A stretch of DNA of 60,694 nt, counting the filler, from Jimgerdemannia flammicorona (Eukaryota), in the NCBI GenBank assembly GCA_003990765.1. It is 3 parts of 3 records of this genome, joined end to end, with 100 filler letters (N's around TTAATTAATTAA, not from the genome) between each part and the next. Parts side by side here need not be neighbours in the genome. Positions count along the whole stretch, not along the records: positions 1 to 20,170 come from RBNJ01001744.1; 2 more parts are not named here. The stretch is one strand, 5' to 3'. Below the pieces are notes generated by a model. The model saw only the letters and a list, made by a program, of their open reading frames with translations, was not told the origin of the DNA and ran no database searches. Below are positions 1 through 10,519 of the stretch, piece by piece; the first letter of the stretch is position 1; each line of letters begins with the position of its first letter. The position numbers and the translations under genes are program-made.

Positions 1-410
1 AGAGGCTTGGGCTTCATGAGGAACTAAGGCTAGAAAGACTGCTGCTGGTTGTCCTAGGTTGCTCAGATTTGTGGAGCTGACAAAACTCTTATTGAGAAGA
101 GTAAAGAAGGCTTCAATAAGACCTTCTTTGTCTTGACTTGCTGGGTGTAGTGCAAGGAGTTCGGTGAATAGGGTTTCGCCTATTTGCTGATTTAACTGGA
201 GTACTTCTTTCTTTGAATGAAGTTTATCCCACTTGTTGCAGGTGTGGAGATCAAATTGTCCTTGTACATCAGATTCAATTCTCTCCAGATTGTCAGATAG
301 TTCAGGATAAATTCCAGTTCAGAGGTTGGGCTTTATACCAACTTGTAGAAATTCTCAGAGGGGTTTATAGTAGAGTGAGGAAGCATCTTGAAGCGGAATT
401 GGATTGAAAA

Positions 411-422
411 CCGCTGCTACCA
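411..422 (-). promoter_or_regulatory. Primer-binding site of family A (TGGTAGCAGCGG), probably initiator tRNA-Met type
   Basis: Lies 3 nt inside the LTR end. TGGTAGC starts known iMet PBSs such as Ty1 TGGTAGCGCC. The same motif occurs at ~18813 and ~55203. Confidence 0.65.
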
Positions 423-425
423 AGT

Positions 426-2467
426 TGTAAGAGGGTTACTTTTTAGGGTAACTGTTACATAGTTCTAGAAAGGTTTTCTAGATATTCTGGATGTTCTGGA
501 AGACCGTTTTCTTATTGTCAAGATCAATTTCGTATGGAGTATGTCCTCTACGCTTATTGATTTCAAGATCGGGTTGATGTCTCAACCAAAGTCCTTTTTC
601 GGACTAGTTCTGGATGTTCAGGATTTTCCGTATTTCAGGAAGTTCAAGAAACTAAGACCAGCTTAGTTGAATTGGCGTATCGCTGCAGACAATACCCAAT
701 TAGGAAATTTTGTGATGGGGTTAGGAGTAGGACCTAACAGGGAGTGGATTTACTTAAGAGTAGTTTGTGGGTTATGGAATAGGTTTATTTGCTATTCATG
801 ATATTGCTATACTAGGAGTATTTGTGTGAAGGGATATTGTAGGGAAGTGCTCAGGAGTTGTGTTCGGATTGTTCAAGTCTGTTCGAGTCTGAGATTCTGA
901 GGTCTGGGGGAGGGGGTATTTATACTAGTGAGGGGCTATCTGGACTAGGCTAGATATGGATGTAGCACTAAGTGCTTTGCTGAGTCGGAATGCAGTCACG
1001 TAGTACAAGTGTGATCTGACATGTCAAGAGATCGTCTGACTGCTGAGTCAGTTCACAGTCATGTCATACAAGGCTAATCTATCTATACTATGACTGCTAG
1101 ACTATTTATAGGTTTAGGCGCTGTCTGGGTATTCCTTGATGACATCACCATCGATTGCATCATCTCTGATGAAGTAGTCATCTAGGAAGAGTGGTTCGCA
1201 GATTACTTCTCCTTGTTGGCTGAGGTAATAATACATTGGAACTTCATCTCTGTCCCACAGGATAGCATCATCTGTTTCGTATACTGGATAAGGTGTTGGT
1301 GGGCGAAGGATGGGTGTACTGTCTTCGCTTTCATCGGATTCACTGTCTGCGTACCTTCTATAGGTTACAGCACTATGAGTTGCGGGGTTATAGTATGCTG
1401 GCGGCTGTGGTTCATGTCGCTCGTACTCGGGTGGTGGAGTGGTTGGTTTGATCTCGAGGGTTGTCTGAAGGTACAGGTTGTGTTCTCCAGTCTCTTCATT
1501 GTAATTGAAGTAATCGGGGGTAAACGCGGGTTGGTATTCGTGCCAGTGGTCATTGTCCCAATAAGTCTTGTATGCTGTTATGAACTGTTGTAAGTTCATC
1601 GGCAAGGTTGGCGGAGTGATCAGGGTTGGCAGAGATCCTTGGCTAGAGGTCATGTCAGCGTCAGAGGGATTATTGTCTTCTGCTTCGTCTTTGTCGAAGT
1701 GGATTATATCATAGACGTCCTTCATGGCATATCCGACTTGAGGCATTTGCAGGATATGGTCATCAGGGTGCGGGAAGGTTCTGTCTGTGGTCTGGATGTA
1801 TTCGAGATACTTATGGTTGAGTTCTTGTATCATGTCATCAATTTGGCCATAGGACAGGGTAGCAACCATTTCGCTGGTAGTAACTTGGAGGCAAGAAATA
1901 AAGGTGTTGTACTCATAGAAGAGTTCTCGATGTTTACAGGCGATGAGTTTCTGGTGTTGAGACATCTGGGTAATGTCTGTATCATGATGGTGTTCGACCA
2001 TGTCTTCTAGGAGGCGGCCGATCTGGTAGTAGCTTGAGATTTGTCTGATTCGGTGGGCCTCGCTAAGCATGTTCAGGGCGTTCCATCGGGCTTCCACGAA
2101 GTAGAGGGGTGCCAGGCTATGGATATTCATGAGGGGCAGAGAGGGTGTAGCTCGGTTGACAATGGCATTCCAAATGTCAGCATGGATACGGTTGTAGATC
2201 TTGGTGGTCATGTTTGTGTGTTTGGAAGTTGTGGTTGTTGTTTGTTTAGGTTTTCTGATTCGACACGTCTCGGTGCTCAGTATATATACATTTGGTCCTG
2301 ATTGATAAGGTTCCGTTTGTGTAGATCTTGTGTTCTGTGACTTCGTATTGACTCAGCTTTGTGTGCTGTGACTTCGGTTTGACTCAGCTTCGTGATCAAG
2401 CAGGTGATTTCCAGATTTGTTCAGAGGTCGCATGTGATTTCAGTGGCTTGGAGGTTGTGTGCTTACA
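426..2467 (-). repeat. Family A LTR, ~2.04 kb
   Basis: TGTAAG...CTTACA termini. Minus-strand TATAAATA at 917-924 and AATAAA at ~784-789. TGA[C/G]TCA sites at 1044, 2349 and 2380. Confidence 0.9.
1114..2211 (-). CDS. LTR(U3)-encoded accessory protein, 365 aa, unknown function
   Basis: Intact ATG-TAA ORF wholly inside the LTR, with TATATATA at 2281-2288 upstream. Shares a motif with the LTR ORFs of families B and C. Decayed copies at ~47312-48407 and ~46487-46634. Confidence 0.75.
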   Translation of the reverse strand: MTTKIYNRIHADIWNAIVNRATPSLPLMNIHSLAPLYFVEARWNALNMLSEAHRIRQISSYYQIGRLLEDMVEHHHDTDITQMSQHQKLIACKHRELFYEYNTFISCLQVTTSEMVATLSYGQIDDMIQELNHKYLEYIQTTDRTFPHPDDHILQMPQVGYAMKDVYDIIHFDKDEAEDNNPSDADMTSSQGSLPTLITPPTLPMNLQQFITAYKTYWDNDHWHEYQPAFTPDYFNYNEETGEHNLYLQTTLEIKPTTPPPEYERHEPQPPAYYNPATHSAVTYRRYADSESDESEDSTPILRPPTPYPVYETDDAILWDRDEVPMYYYLSQQGEVICEPLFLDDYFIRDDAIDGDVIKEYPDSA

Positions 2468-3503
2468 GTAGGATCTATATTAACCTATATCTCATTCTGT
2501 ATATTATACTCTCTCTACTATCAAAGAGAACCCAGCCATATACTAATGACTGAAAGTATATGCCCAAGACTCCAACATATGTACAAGACTATGCTCAAGC
2601 TGAATAGAACAGCCTCTACCACTCTAAAGAGAATGATAGATAAAGAAAAACTCTTATCAAAGTACATCATAGTGAGTAGAGCCTAATTCTCCTAGTTGAG
2701 ATAAGTAAAGAACTTATATATAAGATGAAAGAAGATTCCCAATACCCCACTACTCAAGTCTGTAGGCCTCAATCACATTATTGTATCAGCTTCTAATTCT
2801 AGTTGAGTGCAGCTAAGATATTTAAAATAGATAGCCTTAGGCTCTCTGACTCCTCCTAATGACTGGAGTCCAATCTGCCAAATTACCAAAAGAAGCCAAA
2901 AGTGACACCTATCACCTAACTGCTCCATACCAATCAAAAGGCCCCACTGAAGCAGTATTCACCCCAGCCTCAATAACTGCTCTCAGTCTGATATCCTACT
3001 GATTACTGATTCACTATTATTGCCCTTTCTCTTATCTGTAATGGTCATCTCTCCTCCCATCCCAACAATATCTGAAAAGCAATCACCTATACCAGAACCA
3101 TGCTCACCAGGAAGCTCACTAAAGTCAGAAAACTCCATCACAGATACTGAGAACCTGTAAATAATCTACACTAGACACTTGATACCTAAGGTTGGCCAAC
3201 TTCCTACATAATCTGTAATATACTGAAACAATATCTTATTAGCAATAGCAAAAGGAAGAAAGTGCTGCACCAAAACAGATGTACTCCAAACATAGCCAAA
3301 GGTACCAGAAACTGTAAAAAAGTAGAGAAGATACCAATTGGACACCAATATAGAGACAACTCATCACCATTGCCTTCCCCCCACTGTCCTGCAACAGATA
3401 CAGCAAACCAACCTAAGATAGAGGGAATAATAGTTGTGGAAAGTGGACTCAGAAGGTTGCCTACCAAACCATTGTGACCAATAAGGTAGCGGAGAAAGGG
3501 GCG
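2468..3503 (-). mobile_element. Degenerate copy of the 1.2-kb poly(A) retroposon; 3' end cut by LTR A
   Basis: Reverse complement aligns by eye along most of 13223-14250. Confidence 0.75.
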
Positions 3504-3682
3504 CCAATTCCCCTTAGTAAACACACGCGGAACGTGAAACGCTCAAAAATATCTAGCTCCTTTTTGAATGTATCCGATATATATGACGTCACCTGTTCTC
3601 CCCTGTCGATGTAGAAATTGTAAACACCAATTTGGACACGCTATTCATTAATCCACATACACACCACTCTCTCAGACACACA

Positions 3683-4254
3683 ATGGCTGGCTCTCACGGT
3701 TCCTACATCATCGCCGGGAAGACCATCGCGAACGAATACGTGAGTCAACACTCGAGCTCCTTTGCCTTGCTGTGCAGACGAACGGAATCCTTAGCGGAAC
3801 CACTTGAGGACCCGTGATCCACAACGCACGCCTTTTGTTTCGGTTGACAAACACACCTGTCGAAATTTCCAGTGGCTAAGAACATCTCAGCCTGGAGTGG
3901 CACAATTCCGGACCGATTGGCGGTGGAAATACGAACATGACGGAAACGAGGCACTCCAGAAAGCCGAATTTAAGCCATGTCTTGGAGAGTTCATAGACTG
4001 TACATATCGTTCTGACACAGCATTTCAATCGGCAATCTCTCCGATATTACATCCACCATCACAACCCTTGATCCACACTACAGCTTGCTCTCGCCCACCT
4101 CGCCGCCTTCACCGGCATTTACCTCGTCGCTCGCGGCAGCTCCAAGCCCTCGGTCACGGCCACTCCGCCCATCAAGGCCTCGTCCGCCGAAGAGGAGGAG
4201 TTTATCAAGGAGTTCCTCAAGAACGCTGAGGAGGAAGACAAGAAAAAGCACTAG
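3683..4254 (+). CDS. ATP19: Mitochondrial ATP synthase subunit K; exons 3683-3739 and 4084-4254, 75 aa
   Basis: GTGAGT...CAG intron. Spliced product MAGSHGSYIIAGKTIANEY/LALAHLAAFTGIYLVARG...PPIKASSAEEEEFIKEFLK matches the fungal Atp19 pattern. Confidence 0.88.
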
Positions 4255-4883
4255 ATAAATTGAGCGGGATACGCAGTTGATCGTGACGGATGGGGACCAC
4301 AATGGGGAGGACAATGTGGAGAAGGGCGAAAATACATGGGTCGGGTTGTTGTGTAATAAAAACCCCCTCCCTGCGGATGGCCGTCGTGCAAGCGTGTGAT
4401 ACAAAGGTTGTGGGCTTGCCATTTTTCTTACTTTAATTTTATTTGACATAAGTTGGTTGAGAATAATGCGGTGGACGGATTAAAGATACATATGCCCTCC
4501 TTCAGCTCTGTACTGATACACTATGAACTACTCGACTGTTTGGGAGTGTGGTGAGATTCATTTCTGTTTATTTTTTGTTCAAATCGTTGGGAAAATACTC
4601 GAGTACGCAGATATGGCGGGAGCGGCGAGTATTTCAGTAGCCTGCGTCTGTGAACATTCCAATAGAGGCTGCAGTAGTTGAGCGATATGCAGAAGCGTTG
4701 TTGGATGTTAATTACATGACAAAAAATGTCCTTCAATGACTGACGTATGTAGCACATGCAAGAGAACCATTTCTTGGGTGAAAACGGTTTTGAAGTAGGT
4801 GTCGGGCTCCTGGTGAAGTCTTTAAATATTCATTCATCAAGACCCTCCCATAGAAGCACAAAGATTATTTTCATCCATTTCTT

Positions 4884-6780
4884 TCACCATTCATTCACTT
4901 CTTCCGATTTCATCTTAAACAACACACATCTCAACAGTTCGCCTACAACCCAACAATTAAGACTGTTACCCAGTAAACGATGCCGCTGGATGGTCGTCAC
5001 TGTGGGTGGGAACTCTAAGTATGGCGGGGAAGTGGGCTGACGGAAGGATCTTGGCTCCGCCGGTTGCTCAGGTTCCGATGGCGGGTCGGGTTGGGCGCCA
5101 AATGGGGGAACGGGAAACGCGTGTAACCGCGCGACTTCGAGCGGAGTGAAGAAGCGTAGGCCGAGGGGGATGAGGGTAGAAGGGTTGGTGAAGTCGTAGG
5201 ACGTGACCTAGTACGATATAAGGATTGATGACCCGTCGTAAAAAAAAAAAAAAAAAAATTGGGAGTAAAGCATCCAAAGATTTAGTGAAACGTGAAATAG
5301 AAACTTACGTCGATCTGCTTGGTCTGCAGGATTGAGCCAGCCTTGTAGAAATGGCGTGAACCGTATGCCTAGATCATCAAATACGTCAGAGAATAAACTC
5401 ATGTTAATAAATAAAACTGCACAGAAATTTGCTTGGACCCACCTTGGTGAAAGCCGATGTCCGACGGTCGGTTTGTCTCACGATATCTGTATCGTTGTGG
5501 CATGGATTATATGGTCTCGGAATTAAAAACTCGTTTGAACCAATATTGACAGCAGACTTCCGAGATGACAAATTCGCCAACACCAAACCATTCACCCATC
5601 ATCCATCCTGGACCTCCCACACTCACCAAACCTAAAATCAAAACTCTTCAACAGATCCTTCTCTGGCACCCTGAACTCCTCCTTCTCATCCACCCCCTGT
5701 TCCAGCACTCTTGCCAGCTCAACGGGCTCGTAACTGACCTCTTCGCCCTCGAATGGCCATCGCGTGTGAACTATGGCGCGTTCAGAGTATTTCGTCGTCG
5801 GGTCTGCGGATGGTCCCGCCGATCGCCGCCGGGCCATGAGATAGTATCTGAGACGGTCGTTGGCGATGCCGAATTGGAGAGGGCTGAGGAGGCATTCGTG
5901 GACAGTGTAGGACAAGGAGTCGAGTTGGGTGAGGAGGATTATCCGGGAGCGGGAGGTCTGTAGTAGATTGAGAAAGTTAGATTGAAAGAGCTGGTGTGTG
6001 AAATGAAACTGTTTGTATGAGTAGCGTACCTCAAAGTTGAGCACGTTCTCAAGAAAGATGTATTCAGGTGGTTGGGAAAGCTTGGGTAGGATGTCGATCA
6101 GGTGCAGTAGTGCTTTAGCCCTGGGGTCTTGATCATCTAGCATTTTACCGCCTCTAGTGTATGGCTGGACAAATAATATTTGAATATGTCAATCATGCAA
6201 TTGGGAAAATGGAAGAACGGGTTGTGAGATCAAACAATTGCAAAAAAATGCTTCGGAACCTTGTGATGTTGGTTGATTACCTGACAAGGGGGACTCATAA
6301 GCCAGCAATTTGCCTGGTATCTGCGGAGACAGGTGTAATAAATTCAGATCATGTATCAAGGGCATGTATTTAATATTCTCTGCCTTTACCTATCTATATC
6401 CTTTGCCGATAGCGTGTCTATAGAGGTCTTGCGTTGATCAGCCGTTATAAGGATTAATCGATAAGATTACGACAATCCAATAAACTAATCTTCTACAAAT
6501 TGAGAAAATAAAATGCTCACATTGTTTGGATCCTTGTTAAAATTGTGCCTGTACACCTCATTTCCGACGGTGTTGACGTCGAAGGAAGAGACTACCTCGC
6601 CTAAAACGCCACTCAAGTGAAAGCCATAATGCTACCAAAAGAAATAAATGGTCCAAACACTTCAGTCTACAGTAAGCGTGGGACGAATTTATTGGTGCAT
6701 AACTAGCCTACCAATCCCCCGATACCGCTGAAGAACTCCAACGCCCGTATGGGTCTACGCTCTTGAACGACTTTGGCCAT
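4884..6780 (-). CDS. DNMT2: tRNA (cytosine-5)-methyltransferase, Dnmt2/TRDMT1 family, multi-exon
   Basis: Motif I (LEFFSGIGGL), FDVN, catalytic MSPPCQPYTRGG, LENV, LSPLQFGIANDRLRYY, SAFTKAYG (Dnmt2 CFTxxY-like), LRFFTPLEVARLHAFP and LLGNSLN, joined by GT-AG introns. Confidence 0.93.
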
Positions 6781-6940
6781 GTCTGCAAAAGATGCTTGGT
6801 GACGTTTCTGAAATAAAGGTCACGTGCATACGAGTTTCTTTTTTTGGTGGCTTGAGTGCAGACACCTAAAACATTTCTTTTTTGGACGTGTTCAGTCGTG
6901 TGTAGGTCATAGACCCGTTCTTCAAAATATAAAAATAGGC
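6781..6940. promoter_or_regulatory. 160-bp divergent promoter region shared by DNMT2 and GAR1
   Basis: Head-to-head ATGs at 6780 and 6941. Contains GTGACGT (~6799) and CACGTG (6821). Confidence 0.6.
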
Positions 6941-7781
6941 ATGGGTAAAGATGGATTCGGAGAACGCGGTGGTCGTGGTGGTGGTCGCGGTGGCTTCAGT
7001 GGTGGTGGTCGCGGTGGCTTCGGTGCTGGTCGCGGTGGCTTCGGTGGCCGCGGTGGCTTTGGCGGTATGTTGTTTCTGACATACTATCGACGGCGCAAAG
7101 CGTTGAAATTTCTGACAAAACTTTTTTTTTATAGGCCGTGGTGGTGGTCGTGGCTTCAGCGGCAGCCAACAATCCTTCGGCCCTCCGGACGAAGTTGTCG
7201 GTACGCTTCGCTTCTATTTTCGACTGTCGAAAACCTTCATCTCAACTGAGCTGCATTAACGTCTTGTTTTTTCTCTCACAATAGAAATGGGCAGCTTCTT
7301 GCACGCCTGCGAAGGCGAGATGGTGTGCCGGTCTATCAATACCAAAATTCCCTATTTCAACGCACCCATCTACCTAGAGAACAAGTCGCAGATTGGCAAG
7401 GTCGACGAGATCCTAGGCCCGCTGAACGAGGTCTACTTTACTGTCAAGCTGCAAGATGGCATGGTCGCCACGAGTTTCAAGGTCGATGATAAGGTGTACA
7501 TTGCGATCGACAAGTTGTTACCGTTGGAGCGCTTCTTGCCCAAGCCCAAGGCAGCCACGAAACCAAAACGCACCGGCATGCAGGGCCAAGTTGAGAAAAG
7601 AGGCGGTCGCGGCGGGGGTCGTGGTGGCCGTGGCGCGCCAGGTGGTCGTGGTGGATTCTCACGCGGTGGTAGTCGTGGTGGCTTTGGTGGCGATCGTGGC
7701 GTTCGCGGCCGTGGGTTTGGCCGTGGCGCACCAGGCGGTCGTGGTGGAGGCCGTGGTGGGTTCCGCGGGCGGGGACAATAG
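6941..7781 (+). CDS. GAR1: H/ACA snoRNP subunit Gar1; exons 6941-7064, 7135-7200, 7285-7781
   Basis: N- and C-terminal RGG tracts around the core [22 protein letters not shown]...[25 protein letters not shown]...LLPLERFLP. Canonical introns. Confidence 0.97.
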
Positions 7782-8432
7782 TGATGTTCCATAAATTGGT
7801 GGCGGTTTTGGGCGTAGTATTGGAGTTGATGCCGAGGGTAATGGTCTAGGTGGGACATGCATGAGACCAGAGTATAAGACTTCCGCTCACGTCTACGTAC
7901 AACCCTGATCCATTTCTCTTGACGTTTCGATGTAGAAGATAGTGCGCAAATAGGAACTAATAGGATAGGCAAGTTGGTCAGGTCAAATGACGTAAAAGGC
8001 ATGGTCGCTTTTTTGCGGAAGGTGCGGCGCTTTGCGCTTTGGACTCTGAATGCTATGTATCTGCTTCTTATTTTATGCTTGTTTCTTTCCTTGTAAATGC
8101 TTTTATAAGGTTGATAGTGTCGTTACAAAAAATAGGTCATATGAGCTTGTTCTCGCGACTCGCATTGTCAAAGACTAGCGCATTGTCAAAGACTAGCACA
8201 TCACTGAATAACATAGAGAGAATCGCAGAGACTGCGCTGAGACAGCGTTTTATAAAGGTGTGGCTGCATCGACACATTTTGTCAACTGCTGCGTCTTGGA
8301 TTTGCTCTTGCTGGTGATGTTGGTGCCCTTGGACATGTATGCAACAATGGCCATTTGGAGGTTTGTGGGTGACGTAAGGCATCTAAGCCATTGATCTGAA
8401 ATACCGTTCCTTTCCTTAGCAACGAGCGTATC

Positions 8433-10024
8433 ATGTCTATCCTCCGGCTGGCCTGTCGCCCGTTCCGTCGGCCTTTATTCAACCAGCCAACCTTTTTCAA
8501 TCCGAACCTCACTCCCAATACCCCCATCACCCGCTTTTCTACCGCCAACAATGCCTTCTTCACCACCAACAAGCACATGTCGACCTTCCTCGCAAACACA
8601 CATCCACAACCTTCCCTCCGATCGTTATTCTCCAATGTGCCCTTGATCCCCGCTTCGGCACCACGTGCTTTAAACCGTATGGCTCTATTTCGCCCCACCA
8701 ATCTCCGGACCTATATCCGTCCCCACTACTACAACGACCCCTCCTCGCTCTCCTCCGCGGTGCGGCGCAACCAGAACCCGATAGTCCGCTTCGCACGTAG
8801 TCTCGACAACACCAACCCGAACACCGTCATCTGGTTCATTATCGGTACGAACATAAGCGTGTATCTTGCATGGATGTATGCGATAGGCTCGTACCAGCAA
8901 TTCCGTGACGCACGATGGCTGCTGTTCATGACGAAAAATTTCTTGGTCAGCAACAATAATATTGAGCACGGGAGGCTGCATACGTTACTGACAAGCGCGT
9001 TCTCGCATAAGGATCTACCACATTTGGGAATAAATATGTTTGTCTTGTATAGTATCGGCACCGCGGTATGTCCGACTTGTCGTTATCCTGAAAGTTGCGA
9101 CAAGGGTGCAGGATGTAAATCTTATACACCTTTTTATTTATGGTATATCAACACTTACCACCTGGCTATCCTTCATCACACAGGTTATAGAGACCGTGGG
9201 CGCCACGCGCTTTCTGGTCCTCTATTCCGTCGCGGGTGTCGCCGGCGGCCTAGCGCATCTTGCTTATCACCGATTCATCCGACCGGTCCTGGCATCGAAC
9301 AAGGGCCAGGCCAGGGAGCAGTTCCCTATTACCGGCACATTAGGAGCCTCGGGTATGTAAATCGTGATGGTTGGGAGTGATTTGCGTCCATCGACTGGCA
9401 TGTGAAGGAGATGTACATTACGAAAAATCATCTAGGTAATTACAACTTGAAGTCGTCTGATACCATTCATGCAAACGTGGAACGAAATAATATCATTTTC
9501 CAGGCTCTCTGATGGGCATCACCACCTTTTTCGCATGCGCATGTGAGTATAATCATGTCCGGCCCTATCCATGGTTGATCTTTGTAATATTCCCTTCGAG
9601 AAGTCAGTATGAAGCATTCACCCCGTTATTGCACAATCAGACCCGCACGCGCGATTCCTCATCTTTTTCGTCATACCCATGCCGGCGTATCTGATGGTCG
9701 GATTGTTTGCTGCTTACGACATATATAGAGCATCAACACTTTCGGTATGTTAATTTGCTTGTAGCTTGTCTCTTTTCGTGTATCTTACTTCAGTTCACGT
9801 TTATCGTTGTTGTGATTATCACTGGTGTCTATTGTGTAATATCATTCAAATATTTTTGAGTTGTTTTGATCTGATGTTCGCTCTTTACACAACTCGAATT
9901 TCCTCAATTCCACAAGCCTGGCCGTGTCGATTCGGCAAGTCACATCGGTGGTGCTCTCTATGGTCTTGGCTACTATTTTCTAAGGGTGCGACCGCTGCTG
10001 CGCGCGGGGCGTTGGAGGGTGTGA
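8433..10024 (+). CDS. Mitochondrial rhomboid intramembrane serine protease (Pcp1/PARL-like), multi-exon
   Basis: Arg-rich presequence, TLLTSAFSHKDLPHLGINMFVL, catalytic LGASG, last exon (9917-10024) GRVDSASHIGGALYG with the catalytic His. Introns start at ~9066, ~9353, ~9543 and ~9745. Confidence 0.9.
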
Positions 10025-10519
10025 ATGAATGTTCTCTGGCCCATGGACTTATCTGCAATTATATGAAAGATTGGCTGCATGCATGAGTATCATTACCGAG
10101 TTCGCACCAAAGGGAAGTTCTGCCAGCATAATCAACCTGATGTTTAACTGTACTCAAAATTCTAGGGCCCATTTTGTGTTTCCACTTTGATCTCGGGTCA
10201 GGTAATGAACAATGAGTGCTAGGTCAAAATCCGAATTGGAAAGTGCGCTTGCCTCAACAAAATTTCTAATTCTCACCATACAACCGCCATGATACGCATA
10301 AATCAACTCCGTCTATATAACAAACGCCATGCATACAAACACCGCGTATGCACAAACACCTCGTATGCACAAACACCACGCGCACGTAAATCGATAAAAG
10401 CAGTTATGCACATGGTATTGACAATGAAATCTATACATTTCTTGTCAAACCTTCCATTACTGTATAAGTCTATAATAATGTACAAGTGTAGGCTTCTGTG
10501 TCAGCCCTTGCAGGCTGAT

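Larger units (their letters stand above)
1..2467 (-). mobile_element. Ty3/gypsy family A copy 1: 5' LTR plus leader; the rest lies outside the window
   Basis: 1-425 matches the leaders at ~18405-18827 and ~54790-55217. 426-2467 matches the LTR at 46635-48703. A PBS lies next to the LTR. Confidence 0.9.

Noticed and set aside
1114..2211. LTR ORF as an env gene or as a DUF1016/YhcG N-terminal homolog (YxxIGxLL)
   Set aside because: No signal peptide or TM segment for env. The DUF1016 resemblance is one short motif and cannot be supported without a profile search.
4884..6780. The C5-methyltransferase as a RID/DIM-2-type enzyme causing the repeat mutations
   Set aside because: Short protein with Dnmt2-specific motifs and no N-terminal regulatory domains. 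Dnmt2 is a tRNA methylase, so its proximity is uninformative.
7433..8002. Pro/Arg-rich antisense and alternate-frame ORFs over GAR1
   Set aside because: Shadows of the GC-rich RGG repeat coding sequence.
8161..8196. Perfect 18-bp tandem duplication between GAR1 and the rhomboid gene
   Set aside because: Two copies only, consistent with slippage, with no further support for function.
8433..9380. 315-aa single-exon ORF
   Set aside because: Reads through the intron starting at 9066. The real product is the spliced rhomboid.
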